From Zygnema circumcarinatum SAG 698-1b (Eukaryota; Plantae; Zygnematophyceae): a stretch of 41,705 bases of DNA. The position numbers were made by a program, and so were the translations under genes. Each line of letters starts with the position of its first letter. The stretch's first letter is position 1. The notes below the pieces were generated by a model. The model ran no database searches and was not told the origin of the DNA. It worked only from the letters and a program-made list of their open reading frames with translations. The stretch lies in contig JBBHKD010000016.1 of the NCBI GenBank assembly GCA_037447605.1, forward strand, positions 1-41,705, given 5' to 3'. Shown in pieces: positions 24,301 to 35,915 of the stretch.

Positions 24301-26273
24301 TCGAGGATGGACGTGGCCGTATTTCTCGCGCCAAGGGCCAAGGAAGCTGAAGACGGAAGCATCGGTACCAACCGCCAGCTGATATCAAGTTGGCCCCTGG
24401 GCGACGTTTCCCCATCTTGGGAGCAATGGTCGACGCTTATGGGCGCCTAGCTAGATTTTGTTATCCCTAATCGCCCCTCCTAAAGGAGGGAAGACGCATA
24501 ACGCCGCAACCGTGCACTCCTTTCCGACCAGCCTCGCACATCTTTGTCGCTTCGGTGTTCTGGGCAAAGTAATTAAAAACGGTGAAAGATCTTGCTTATG
24601 GTGCAAAGCCGCCACGGCAACCGCAGGACGCCATGACGTGGGATCGTGAATGGCAACCCAACGCGGGTGAAACAATGCCATCTGTCCCAACTGTGTTTCA
24701 ACCTTTGTTGAAGGCGTTTGAGGATGTGTTCCCAGACGATCTGCCAAGGGGTTTGCCTCCAGCCCGAGGGGTGGGGCATACCATACCCCTTGAACCAGAA
24801 GAGACACCTCCTTGGAGGCCTATCTATAGGCTTAGTCCAAAGGGAGGACCGGTGAGATGCGATGCAAGCAACCGCTAGTCCAGTAGGATATGTATCGGAT
24901 TTAACCCGTACCTGCAGTCCCTGCTCCTATCCTTTCGCTTCAAGAAAAGGATGGTCTTTACCGGTCGCGCATCGACACGCAGACCGAACAAGATCAACAG
25001 AAAGAACAAAATTTTTACCGCCAATAAATGATCCGCCGATCGCTCGCGAAGGGCGTAAGGTGTTCACCTCGGCCGACCTTGCCCAGAGTTGACACGATCC
25101 GGCCACGGACATGCTGCCGATGTGCCTAAGATTCGCGATTTCGACGCCATTGGTCACTTCCAATAAGTTCTACCTTGATCGACCAACGCCCCGGCCATTT
25201 TCCGCCGCGGATGAATGAGATGTTCGCCTATGATGGATGAGTTTGTCCCGGGTTCACCCGATGATATCCCAAGATTCATTAGCGATGACGGCGCACCTGT
25301 GCATGTGCTAAAGCCGCTCGAGGTGCCGCAAAACACACGTTTTATGCCAAGCGGAAGAAGTGTAACTTCATGCAACGGGAGTTGTTGTATCTTGGGCATA
25401 TCTTGAATGATCAGGGCTTGAAGCCCGATCCAGCCAAGGTGTCTGCTGTTAAGACATGGGCTGTGCCGGCTGATCTTCATCAGTTGCGGTCGTTTCTTAG
25501 ATTTGCAAATTACTTTCGTAAGTTTATCCAAGGCTTTAGTAAAATTGGTACACCTTCACCAATTTGACACGCCTGTTATACATGTACGTGACACCGAGTG
25601 CCGTGTGGCCTTTTGATATGTTAGATACGCTGACAAGACTCCACGCTTGGAGGTTGGTCGATCCCACCTACCATATGAGGTGGTATGTGACGCCTCTGGG
25701 TTCGCTTTGGGTGCGGTCTTGTTCCAAGACGACCAACCACTTGCTTACGAAAGTCGCAAGATGAACCCAGCTGAGCGAAACTACTCCGCCACAGAGCAGG
25801 AGCTCTTGGCCGTGGTTCACGCCCTGAGGACATGGCGTTGCTATTTGGAGGGGGCGGTGGCACTAACGCTGGTCACCGACCATCGTCCACTGACGTTCCT
25901 CTCCACGCAGCAAACTCTTTCAAGGCGGCAGGCACGTTGGTCTGAGTTCCTCCAACGGTTCGACTGCAAGTGGGTATACCGGCCTGGACGGCTGAACGTA
26001 GCGGACCCACTTAGCAGGCAACCCATTCATCTAGCCTGGATGGTGCACTCGTCGACTCGGGTGTTGGTGGTACGAGATGGTGGAGACGAAGGGCCGGCCA
26101 ACCCAGCGTTTACATTTCCAGTATGTTTTGTCAAAAACCCCTCCACCAGTGACGCAGTCAACCCTCCTGCTCTCTCTGATTTTAGACAGATGATTCAGGA
26201 GGGGTACACTGGTGATCCTTTGTTCCTGGACGGCCAAGGCAATGGCTATAAGAACAAGCTCGTGCTCAAAAAC
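21370..26273 (+). mobile_element. Chromovirus G (F family), 5' LTR to start of integrase, cut by a gap; very indel-rich
   Basis: LTR 21370-22010 (TGTAGCGTAACGCTACA...GTTGTTACA); PR DTGADANFVS; RT/RH fragments collinear with F (YESRKMNPAERNYSATEQELLA...). Confidence 0.88.
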
Positions 26274-26283
26274 NNNNNNNNNN

Positions 26284-26498
26284 TACGGTCTAAGCCTAAG
26301 CCGTAATTCTACGACCCTAGACCTTCCCTAGACCTGCCGTACCATGCCCTAATGATACGGGCACCCCCCATGTTCGGTCCTACACCAAACATGACCGTTC
26401 ATACATGACATTGTCCCTATACCATCACATTGATGTCCCGGACAACATTCATGCTAGGAACTAAGTACCAACACCTTGATGTACCCTATACATCAACA
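26284..26498 (-). repeat. Copia B-family LTR end inserted in the D integrase
   Basis: Near-identical to 4350-4566; ends CATCAACA. Confidence 0.85.
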
Positions 26499-27219
26499 AC
26501 ATTAATCGGACAAAAGAAGTAACGGCAGGAGGTTGAGTCCCACCAGCTCCTCTCCTCTCCTCCTTGTTAACATATATCCGTGCCATCTCGTCAGCCCCAG
26601 CTGTCTTAGTAGTTGGTGCAAAATGCACCATCTTGCTGAGCCTGTCGACGAACACTAAGATGGAGTCAAAACCCCGTGGTGTGACAGGTAGATCAGTGAT
26701 CAAATCCATGCCAACACTCTCCCATTTCCGAAATGGAGGTGTCAAGGGTTGCAGCTGGCCAGGAACCCTGCCAGTGCGTGCCTTATCACGTTGACAAGTG
26801 GGACAGGCGAGTACATACGCCTTCACATCCCTCGTGAGCCCCGGCCACCAGAACTCACGGAGCAGTGCCTCACGAGTCTTGGCAATTCCCATATGACCTC
26901 TGTACGGCGGATCATGCAACTCACTCAGAATGAGTTGCCGTACAACCCCGGTCTTGGGCACGACCAATTGCTGCCCGTGATACCAAAACCCATCTGTTGA
27001 GAGCACCACTTTGTCCTTATAGCCACTACCCTGNNNNNNNNNNATAGACCCACTGACAGTCAAATCGTTGAAGGAACTCGGACCAGCGTGCCTGCCGCCT
27101 AGTCAATGTCTGTTGAGAGGAGAGAAATGTCAACGGCCGATGATCCGTGACAAGCGTAACCGCTTTCGCCCCCTCTAAATAACACCGCCATGTCCTCAAG
27201 GCGTGGATTACGGCAAGGA

Positions 27220-27593
27220 TATAGCTCCGTATGTATCAAACGCGTGTATTAATACACTGTATAATACATGCGTATTATACAACATTTAAAAATACAGTGT
27301 ATTTTTAATGTGTTTAACGTATTTTTTTTATTTTCGTGCTTAGTTGAACAAAGATTGATTATAATATTGAAATTCCAGCACTTGCCAAGTCACGTCACTT
27401 GCCAAACATTCAACACGTGTGACTTGGTCCGTACATGTTGGTACACCCCTTTCGTACATAATTTCCGTACGTATCTATGTTCCGATTGTACGGCTGTTAA
27501 CAGTTGCGTTAAGGCATTATACAGTGAATAAAACAGTATTAATACTGTATTATACATTGTATCGAACCTCAAAGTGTATAATACGGAGCTATA
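27220..27593. mobile_element. Non-autonomous hAT-type DNA transposon (MITE), 374 bp
   Basis: 13-bp TIRs TATAGCTCCGTAT/ATACGGAGCTATA and 8-bp TSD GGCAAGGA (27212-27219, 27594-27601). AT-rich interior. Removing it restores RNase H EQELLA|VIHALRTW. Confidence 0.9.
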
Positions 27594-28526
27594 GGCAAGG
27601 AGCTCTTGCTCAGTTGCAGAATAGTTACGTTCGGCTGGGTTCATCTTACGACTTTCGTACGCGAGAGGGCGCCCATCCTGAAAGAGGACGGCTCCTAGAG
27701 CAAATCCGGACGCATCACAAACCACCTCATATGGTTTGGTAGGGTCTGCCAACACCAATGTAGGTGCGGTGACTAAGGCATGTTTGACACCCTCGAAGGC
27801 CCTCTGGCATTCAGGCGTCCAAATGTAAGTGACACCGGCACGTGTCAAATCTGTCAAGGGAGTAACAAGTTTGCTAAACCCTTGAATAAATTTACGAAAA
27901 TAATTCGCAAATCCGAGGAAAGACCGCAACTGATGTAAATCAGCCGGTACTTCCCATGTCTCAACCGCAACCACCTTAGCAGGGTCCGGTCGAATGCCCT
28001 GATCATTCAGGATATGCCCAAGGTAAAGCAGCTCACGCTGCATGAAGTGACACTTCTTCCACTTGGCATAAAAATGATGCTTCCTCAGAACTTCAAACAC
28101 CCTTCTCACGTGTTGAAGATGGTCCTCAACTGTCTTACTAAAGACGAGGATATCATCGAGGTACACCAAAACAAAGTCATCCATGCCAATGAACATTTCG
28201 TTCATGACGGCCTGGAAAGTTGCTGGAGCATTAGTCAATCCAAAAGGTAAAACTTTATACTGGAAGTGACCAATAGGCGTACGAAACGCCGTCTTAGGTA
28301 CATCAGCATCCGTCACACGAATCTGATGATAACCTTGTGCAAGATCAGTGATGTGAATACTAGAGCAGATACAATCTATCCGACAAGTCGTCAATGCAGC
28401 GGTAGCAATGCGGTTCTTAGCCGGTTATCTTGTTGCGGTGCCGGAATAAATTGATACGTGCATAAAGAACCATCTTTTTCCCCACAAAAGGATTTGGGCA
28501 CCCAGAAGGACTCTGTTTGGGTTCAA

Positions 28527-29738
28527 TCAACCTTTGTCTCTCAAGTTTGAGAGTTGCTTACGCATCTCTTCGGTCTCCTTGGGACTTAACCGATAAATCG
28601 GCCGCCAAGGCGGTTTATGTCCAGGTTCCAAGGGAATGGTATGTCCGACACCGCGTGACGGAGGCAATCCCCGAGGTAAGTCATCAGGAAAAATATCCCT
28701 GAATTCATCCAACAACGGTTGGATCTGAGATGGAACAGGTGACAACACATCCGTAGGTGTGACATGCCACTCTTGTTCCTCGTCATGAACATCTTCCGTG
28801 GTATCCATGACTTGTACCAAAAACAAGGTACATCCTGCCTTAATAGCTTTAGCCAACTGCATGGCTGAGCACAGAAAAGGTGTATCAGACTGCTCAGCAA
28901 CATCTGAAGTCGTAATGCTTGGGCGTAGAGTTATCCGTCGTGCGCCACAACGCAAAACACAAGTGGGTATGAAAAAATCCATCTGAGCCTTGACCATGGT
29001 TAACCACTGACTTCCCAGAATANNNNNNNNNNCTGAATCAAGTAAAACTACTACAGATCTGCCGCCAATGAATCCCTGAAAGGTCATTGCACGGTGTGCA
29101 AGGTGGAAGAGTGAACGCAATACATACAATGACGGAGAACATGAAGTCCTCCAGATCAAAGGGTACGGCGATCCAACCAGCAAACTGGTAGAAGTATCCA
29201 CCCAATGTAGCATGGGATATCCCTTTCGCCAGATCTTGACCAACTTCCAGTTAGTATGGCTAAAAGTCCCAATAGAAGCATGCAAAGGCATCAATACATG
29301 CAAACTTGAAACATGAGTAGTGGTGCGCTGTAAACGTAAAGCAATAAATGTGCAATCAATAAGAGACACATTACTTGAAGGATTCAAAATCCAAATAGTC
29401 AATTGTTCTCCAATCATCACAACATTCATGAAAGAATCAGGAGTCACGATTAAGGAAATCGAGAATGGAATCACATTCAGATGCTCAGGACACAAAGTCA
29501 CAAATACATCATGGTCATCCGGCTGTCTGCCCATTAAATTTAGAATATCAAGAGGTTGTGGTACAAGCAAGCCTCTAGAACTAATGGCAACAGCTGCAAT
29601 CCTTAATCCATCTTCTCCACCCGTAGCGACTCCTACACTGCTGGTGGTGTGCCGTTTTCCGGCCCTTTTCCCTTCTTGTCCTTGAGACTCTGCGGACAAT
29701 CTTTCGCCATATGGCCAGACTGTCGGCATCGGAAACAA
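28527..29738 (-). CDS. pol: D Pol N-terminus: extra domain, aspartic protease, start of RT (gap inside the protease)
   Basis: Open frame homologous to F 15328-16650; VVVLLDS and ILGSQWL protease motifs. Confidence 0.8.
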   Translation of the reverse strand: MFPMPTVWPYGERLSAESQGQEGKRAGKRHTTSSVGVATGGEDGLRIAAVAISSRGLLVPQPLDILNLMGRQPDDHDVFVTLCPEHLNVIPFSISLIVTPDSFMNVVMIGEQLTIWILNPSSNVSLIDCTFIALRLQRTTTHVSSLHVLMPLHASIGTFSHTNWKLVKIWRKGYPMLHWVDTSTSLLVGSPYPLIWRTSCSPSLYVLRSLFHLAHRAMTFQGFIGGRSVVVLLDSXXXXILGSQWLTMVKAQMDFFIPTCVLRCGARRITLRPSITTSDVAEQSDTPFLCSAMQLAKAIKAGCTLFLVQVMDTTEDVHDEEQEWHVTPTDVLSPVPSQIQPLLDEFRDIFPDDLPRGLPPSRGVGHTIPLEPGHKPPWRPIYRLSPKETEEMRKQLSNLRDKG

Positions 29739-30560
29739 CGTCCGTCCTTCTTCATCTTCTCCATTTCCTCTGGAGTAAGCTTCTGCACCTTCGCAGAAGG
29801 CTGTGGGGCAGAGGTTGCACTCGGCTTCCTCTTTTGCGGATTCGCCCCCTTAAGCTTTGGAAATGAAGGGAAGAGCTTCCGGTCTGCCTCTGGAGGTAGT
29901 NNNNNNNNNNTGAGATGTACGCGGATTTAATCGCAATTCCTTCTTCAAATGCGGCTTCAGGCCCATCCAAAAGTGATAAAACACTGCTTCATCAGTAGGA
30001 CGATGTGTCTTAATGAGTGACACCGTCATACGAAGATCTCGCAGGAACTTCTTGGCACTACCAGTCTGTACCATACTGTGGTACCTTTGACGCGCTTCCA
30101 TTCTAGGATCCAAAACCCCAAAATGACGCTCAAGTTCCTTGCGAAATTTCTCCCAATCACTCCCAATCTTAGCGGCTAAGCTCTCGTATACACGATAGGC
30201 ATCGCCGCGGAGTGATGGATAAGAGAAATTCACCCACTCCTTCTGTGGGCAATTCGTGGCGTGAAGGTAACCCTTCACTTGGCCCAACCACTGTTCAATA
30301 GAACAGTCGGTTGGCGGGTGTTCTCCCCAAGGAGAAATGGGGGTTACCTTGGCCCTGTTCCTCGAAGACCAATCTTGAGGAGGGACCAAGGGGCCGGATA
30401 CTGTTCCAGGAAGTCCCCCATCACCAGTGGGTGATCCCGAAGGGGATTCACCACCATTGGAAGGTGCGCCACCCCCGTTAGGATGACTCCCCCCTGTAAA
30501 AGAGGCAGGGGGTCCAGACGACCGTCTGCTGCTTGAGGCAACAGGTTGGGTCGCAGTTCT
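29633..30560 (-). pseudogene. gag: D Gag, 5'-truncated by Copia C
   Basis: EQWLGQVKGYL...WVNFSYPSLRG...FWMGLKPHLKKELRLNP, CCHC knuckle CFRCRQSGHMAKDC, C-terminus KGKGPENGTPPAV* as in F. Confidence 0.88.
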
Positions 30561-30913
30561 TGTTGAGGATGATGTGTCATACACCGAACCTCCTCTCGTC
30601 GTGTCTTCACTCCCATCTGTCGCGGCCATGCTGACTGTCGATCGCCAAGCAGGAACTGTGTGACAAAATGTAGGAGAAAAGCCCACCGGCCGAAAAACCT
30701 CTTATTTATACAAAGGAAAGATACAACAGGTGCAGGCAGTCTCTACTCCTGACGCTGGCTCTATCCTACGCTCTGCGGAAGCGCTTTGCTACGGCTGCCA
30801 CTGACTACTCGACCCTTCCTGAGCTCGCTACCTACACTCCGGGAATGCACTGCTCCCCTATGCGGTGGTATGAGGCGTGAACCTCCCCATAAAGGTTCAG
30901 GGTCGATTCAGGG
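30561..30913 (-). repeat. 3' LTR of Copia C (partial, cut by a gap)
   Basis: Matches 39942-40078; TATAAATA on minus at ~30703-30710. Confidence 0.85.
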
Positions 30914-33900
30914 NNNNNNNNNNCACCCCCTTTGGTACGGTCTAAGCCTAAGCCGTAAATCTACGACCCTAGACCTTCCCTAGACCTTCCGTACATTGCC
31001 CTAACATTTGGGCATCCCCCATGTTTGGTCCTATACCAAACATGACCATTCATGCATGACATTGTCCCTACATCAACACATGATCTCCCGGACAACATCC
31101 ATGCTAGGAACTAAGTACCAACACCTTGATGTACCTATACATCAACAATCCCCCTCTTGGTACGTAAGTTCCTTGCAAGCTATACTAACATGGCACCCTA
31201 AGCTTAGCAACAACTAACTAGGCATACCTTGCCGCTTGCACATCAATTCCCTTGAATTGATTCCACCGTGAATGCAACAGCCATTGCACTCTCCCCCGGG
31301 CCACCTCTTCCAATAGATGGTCTTCACTTCGCATGTGCAATCCTCGCACATCATAATCTCCTTGAGCGTAGTTGACACCTTGTCAACAATGTGGTGGGAA
31401 CCTTCAACCTCTGAACTCTTCAAAAGGTCATCCTCCAAGGTAAACCTGAGAAGTCCCATCTTCTCCTCCCAACTCACATATCCATGAAGACAACTTCTCC
31501 ATATGCCGCTCACCCCCTCATAAACATGAGGTCGTTCATATCTGTCCCTAGAATCCTTCTCGTGGTACTCCGCCACTTGTTTGTAGGCCTCCTCCCAAAT
31601 GAAGTGCCGCCTTCACCAACAACTTCCTCTTCACGATCCTGGGACCTCACACTATGAACTCACATGTCCCCCATGGACAATTTCTACTCACATGTCCCCC
31701 ATGGACAATCTCTCCTCAGCACCATCTGCCAAGGTCGAATCTGAACACCTTGCCTACGCCCTCTTAAGCTAAACAGCCTACCTGTACAAGGCCTGGTCCT
31801 CCAAAGCACACTCTGGCTTCGACATCTCAGCACCCTCCTCTTGTACTCCACCTTTGGGGTCTCAATTCTGCTCAATTGCTCCATCAATGGTGACGGCGGA
31901 TGTTCTCTTCCCCTATCGAGGGTCCTACAAACCACCTTGACACTTTCTTCATTAGCGTGTCAATTTCTTCCAAAGAGGGGTGTAATTCTTGCACCTTTCA
32001 TTTGCATCTGTATACACCTCACTCTAGCTTAGTGACTTTGTTAGGAATTCCTCGTAGGGAAGTGTTGTGCACCATCATCATGATGACATTCTCCACCTCT
32101 GCTCGTCCCGCGCCAGTTCCGTTGCCACCAGCGTAGCCTTGAGCGTAACTACTTGCATATAGTCTCCATGATCACTCGCGTCCTTTCGAACCTTCAAGTT
32201 CGTCGCTTCAACTCTTCAAGACTGCTCAGCCGCCTCTATCATAGCACCTTCTTCATGTCTCCAATCCCGGAGAGAAGTCATCTGAAGTCAGCATCACCGG
32301 TCCATCGTCTAGCTGCTCCTCCGCTAATGATAAGCTTGATTGGGCCTATTGGGCTACCCTTGTAGCATCCTCCTCTTACCAAGTCGCCGAGTCTTACTAT
32401 CTTCTTCCTTTGAGGGAAACGAAACCTCCCCCTCAAAACTCTATCACACACAAAATATGCAAGGTTGCGGTACCTTGCTCAAGAGCGCCATCCCCTCATG
32501 AGTGCGATCTCGCAAGCTCCATGTCGACGTCTCTTCCTCTTGTGACTTACGGACCTAAGGCACCTCTCCAAGATCCTGAAGTGCTTTTAAGTATCTTCAG
32601 CTCTTCACAAGCTTAGGTGTGCGAGGTTCCTTGATGCCGAGCTCCTGGCTATCACGTGCAACCAGATCCATCGTTGCACCTTCACTCTTCGAAGAAGTAC
32701 AAGCTACTCCGGCTCCTATCCATCACAGAGGGTCAGCACCGCATCTAACTCCACACCTTTGCTTCCAAAATAAATTCACCTTTTAAGGAAAATTTCAAAC
32801 AAAATTTTGTGGCCTAAAAGTACTTCACCTTGTCTTCCACGACAACTGTACACCACTTCTCCTTCGAGATCCACCAGCTTCTCTTGACTTCTCTTGAGAT
32901 CAGCAACTCGGCTCCTCCTTCAAAAAAGGTCACTATCTTGTTCCCGAGTAAACTAGGCGTGCACTCCCAGCAAACTCTTCAAACAAAGATTCCGTCCACG
33001 TCTGGACACACTTGAGCCACCATGCCGTCTCCTTGGATCCGAATGATCCCTCCACAAGATAAGCCCTGCAAGTCCGTTAGCAATGTGATCTCCACGAGCT
33101 CATGGCTCCATAATGTCGACTTGGAGTGGAATCCTCCTCGTCCGACTTCAGCCTTGCCCCTCCTTGAATGGTTGTCAATTCCTTTTGACTCTATCCACTC
33201 TACTCCTTTGCTACATCTACTCCTCCGTGAAGTAGACTCCTCATAGGAAGTTGCGACCTTCCTACCTCCGAATTGATCTCCTCCACTACTCCTTGGGGAA
33301 TTCCCCTAAACTCCTCCTTAGTGGTCCATCACTAACATCTTAGTGACTATCAATTCTACTAGCTCTGTCCACCAGACTAGTCAGGATTTAAGCAATGGTT
33401 CCTTGGGCAACTCTCTCTCTTAGACCCTAGATCTTGGGCCTCCTTCACCCCAAACGCATTTGAAGTGAACTCTTTCTATCCGTGGCACTCCTTGCCACCC
33501 AGCACCTCTCCTAGCCTCTCCCACAACCTATGTGAAGATTCTAGTTCATTAGTCTCTAACTCCAAAGCTAGTCTCTAATCCCAAGAGTGTGCTTGAAGGG
33601 TCATCCCCTCCACATACCATGGCAATCTCGATATGGCACTGGAGCCCTCTCCACTTCTCGAAGTGCCGTCAAGTCCTCCTCTCGAATCCTTCGATGAAGC
33701 AACTTCGCCTTCGACATATCCGAGCATACAAGCTTCCGAAGGGTAAGTCCACCCTTGCTTGTGCGTCCCTCACGCTGCCACCTCCAACTCCGCTGAGTTG
33801 GGTCACCTCGAAAGTGTGCAACTCAATGCACCACCTCCACGCCGTCGGACCTTGACTCCCTTGAGCCGAGTCTCTCAAAACAGCGCCAATTCGAATGTCG

Positions 33901-34284
33901 TTAATCTAGCCTTCTTTCGCACTCTTTCCATCGAGCTGTCAAGACTAGAACTCTAAACGCATTCTCTCCTTCCTGTAGCTTCTCCAAGCTGACTATTTCA
34001 GCAACTTGCTTGCTACAAACGAAACCATCAACGTGACTAGGAGTTTGACCATATCTATCCTCTTGAGTACCTTTGAGCCAACCACTAGGCTCCCCCAAAG
34101 AACTATTCCTTCAGCTCTTTCTCTAGTCAAGGATCTCTCCCTTTGGAACCCATACTCTCAAGGAACTGCATCCCTCACTTCAGTATGCTCCAGGACCCTC
34201 ACTATCACTTGGCACTCTTCAGGATTTCACCCATAAGCTAGGACTGAACCTTAAGCACCAAATGCTCCAAGACTTCAACCATAA

Positions 34285-34296
34285 GCTCTGATACCA
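34285..34296 (-). promoter_or_regulatory. PBS (tRNA-iMet) of B
   Basis: Exact TGGTATCAGAGC on minus. Confidence 0.9.
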
Positions 34297-34298
34297 CT

Positions 34299-35915
34299 TG
34301 TTGGTGTGAGGGGGCAGAAGGAGAGACCTAGTGGAAGGATAAAACATGCTTGAATGAAACTCCAAAACTTCTTCCACTTCTACTTAGGCCACATACCGCT
34401 TCCGCCACAGTATGCCTTCTCTTCCTCCCCTCACCAGGTGCGCACAGCGGAAAACAAAACACGCCACCTACAAGAACACTTCTTCATCTCCTATATGGTC
34501 TCGGCTCCATCAGCTCCACGCTCCTCCAATGGTCTCCACGTGTGATGCGACACACCGCCCATACAATGGTCGCCTCCACTCATCCATCACTCCAATCCAA
34601 CACAAGGATTCACATGTGACAAATGACACAAGTATAAGGAGAAAGCCCTCGGCCCTAAAACTCCTTAACATTCATAGGTGTAATACAAGCTCTCTTAGGA
34701 AATCTACATATAACCTTATGCCCGATTCTCCACCTCTCATGATCACGACCCTATCCTCTAATAGATAGCTTACACCCCAACTGTAGTAGATAAGCACTAT
34801 ATGCTTGCTGGAACTTCACCTCTACATCAACACGAGAGGGACACATCTCTAACTCTTTCACTAGAGCTAACCATGATGAAACCCGGTTCTTTCCTGACCT
34901 CCTACACAAGGCCGGACTCCTCAAGGTATTTTCGGCCTCTGCTACTCTTCCTAACGAAGGTTGAAGCGGCATAGCGTTCAGAGTATTGAGTATGGCGAGG
35001 TAAGTAGGAAGCCAAGCTTGCTCCCTCATATACCATGGCGGAAGGCCTTTGTCACGTGGCCTTGCGTCATGTCACTGACCACCCATGCGAAGCCTTGCAA
35101 GAACCTTATCCACAGTCTTAATGCGTGCTCCGTCGGATCCTCCTTGGCTCACACGGATCCCGGCTCCGCAAACCCACGTCGGATCAGCGCTTCGACCTGC
35201 ATCTTGATCCTCGTCACACTTGCGTCTGTTGACTCCTCACTAACTTCGGTACGCATGTGGGACCCGTAAGCCTACGGTCACCACCGACCCTAAATTTCTG
35301 ACCCTTACCCCGAATCTGACCGCATTAGCGCCTTCGATTAAGCCCTTTGTCCTCCACATGAACCGCTAGCGTCGCAGCGCCTCCTCACTCTTTGATTCAA
35401 CTGGCGACGGCCCGGCGCTATCACTTTCGAATCTGCGCGTGGAATTGCCACGTCGCCGACTCGCCGCGCTGTGCCTCGGCACCGACCATAATCCGTACCC
35501 AAAGTACATACCTGGTATGAGTCGTAGCCGGCGGAGTTAATTAAGCGATGCGCTTTTCTGGCGCGACCAATCGTAAACAGTGCAGATCCGCCTTTCGCAC
35601 CAAAAGACCTCAGCGACCGAACATTTCCGCGTCGGCCGTACAGTCGCGCGCCATCCGTACAGTCGCGCTCCAAACCAATTAATGCGCACCCAGCGCACCC
35701 CCTCTGTTACGGTCTAAGCCACACTCGTAAATCTACGACCCTAGACCTTCCCTAGACCTTCCGTACATTGCCCTAACCTTTGGGCATCCCCCATGTTTGG
35801 TCCTATACCAACATGACCGTTCATGCAGGCATTGTGTCCTACATCAACACATGATCTCACGGTTTAACATCCATACTAGGAACTAAGTACCAACACCTTG
35901 ATGGCCTATACATCA
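34299..35915 (-). repeat. 5' LTR of B
   Basis: TGTTGGTGTG...TATACATCA (terminal ACA missing); repeat of 40079-41705. Confidence 0.87.

Larger units (their letters stand above)
26499..30560 (-). mobile_element. Chromovirus-family element D (F-related), internal region from gag to partial integrase, with gaps and nested insertions
   Basis: Gag 29633-30560; extra domain, PR and RT 27594-29738 ([17 protein letters not shown]); RH end 27044-27219; IN 26499-27033. Confidence 0.9.
30924..35915 (-). mobile_element. Copia B element with decayed interior (probably non-autonomous)
   Basis: 3' LTR end 30924-31147, PPT 31148-31160, PBS 34285-34296, 5' LTR 34299-35915 (~1.6 kb). The interior has only stop-ridden Copia remnants (e.g. 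EEIDTLMK). Confidence 0.82.

Noticed and set aside
21370-25600. Dense frameshifts in G (also E 6700-10800 and F 17540-18000) as recoding or ancient decay
   Set aside because: Indel-rich patches alternate abruptly with clean sequence, which is typical of low-coverage long-read consensus errors. For this reason I did not date E or F from LTR divergence.
27390-28394. RT-RH with an unusual hydrophobic C-terminus
   Set aside because: The tail is translated MITE sequence after the insertion site.
29850-30686. Identical leader peptide MGFSPTFCHTVPAW... on two different Gags (also 39660-40067)
   Set aside because: Both are translations of the C LTR; not a conserved protein.
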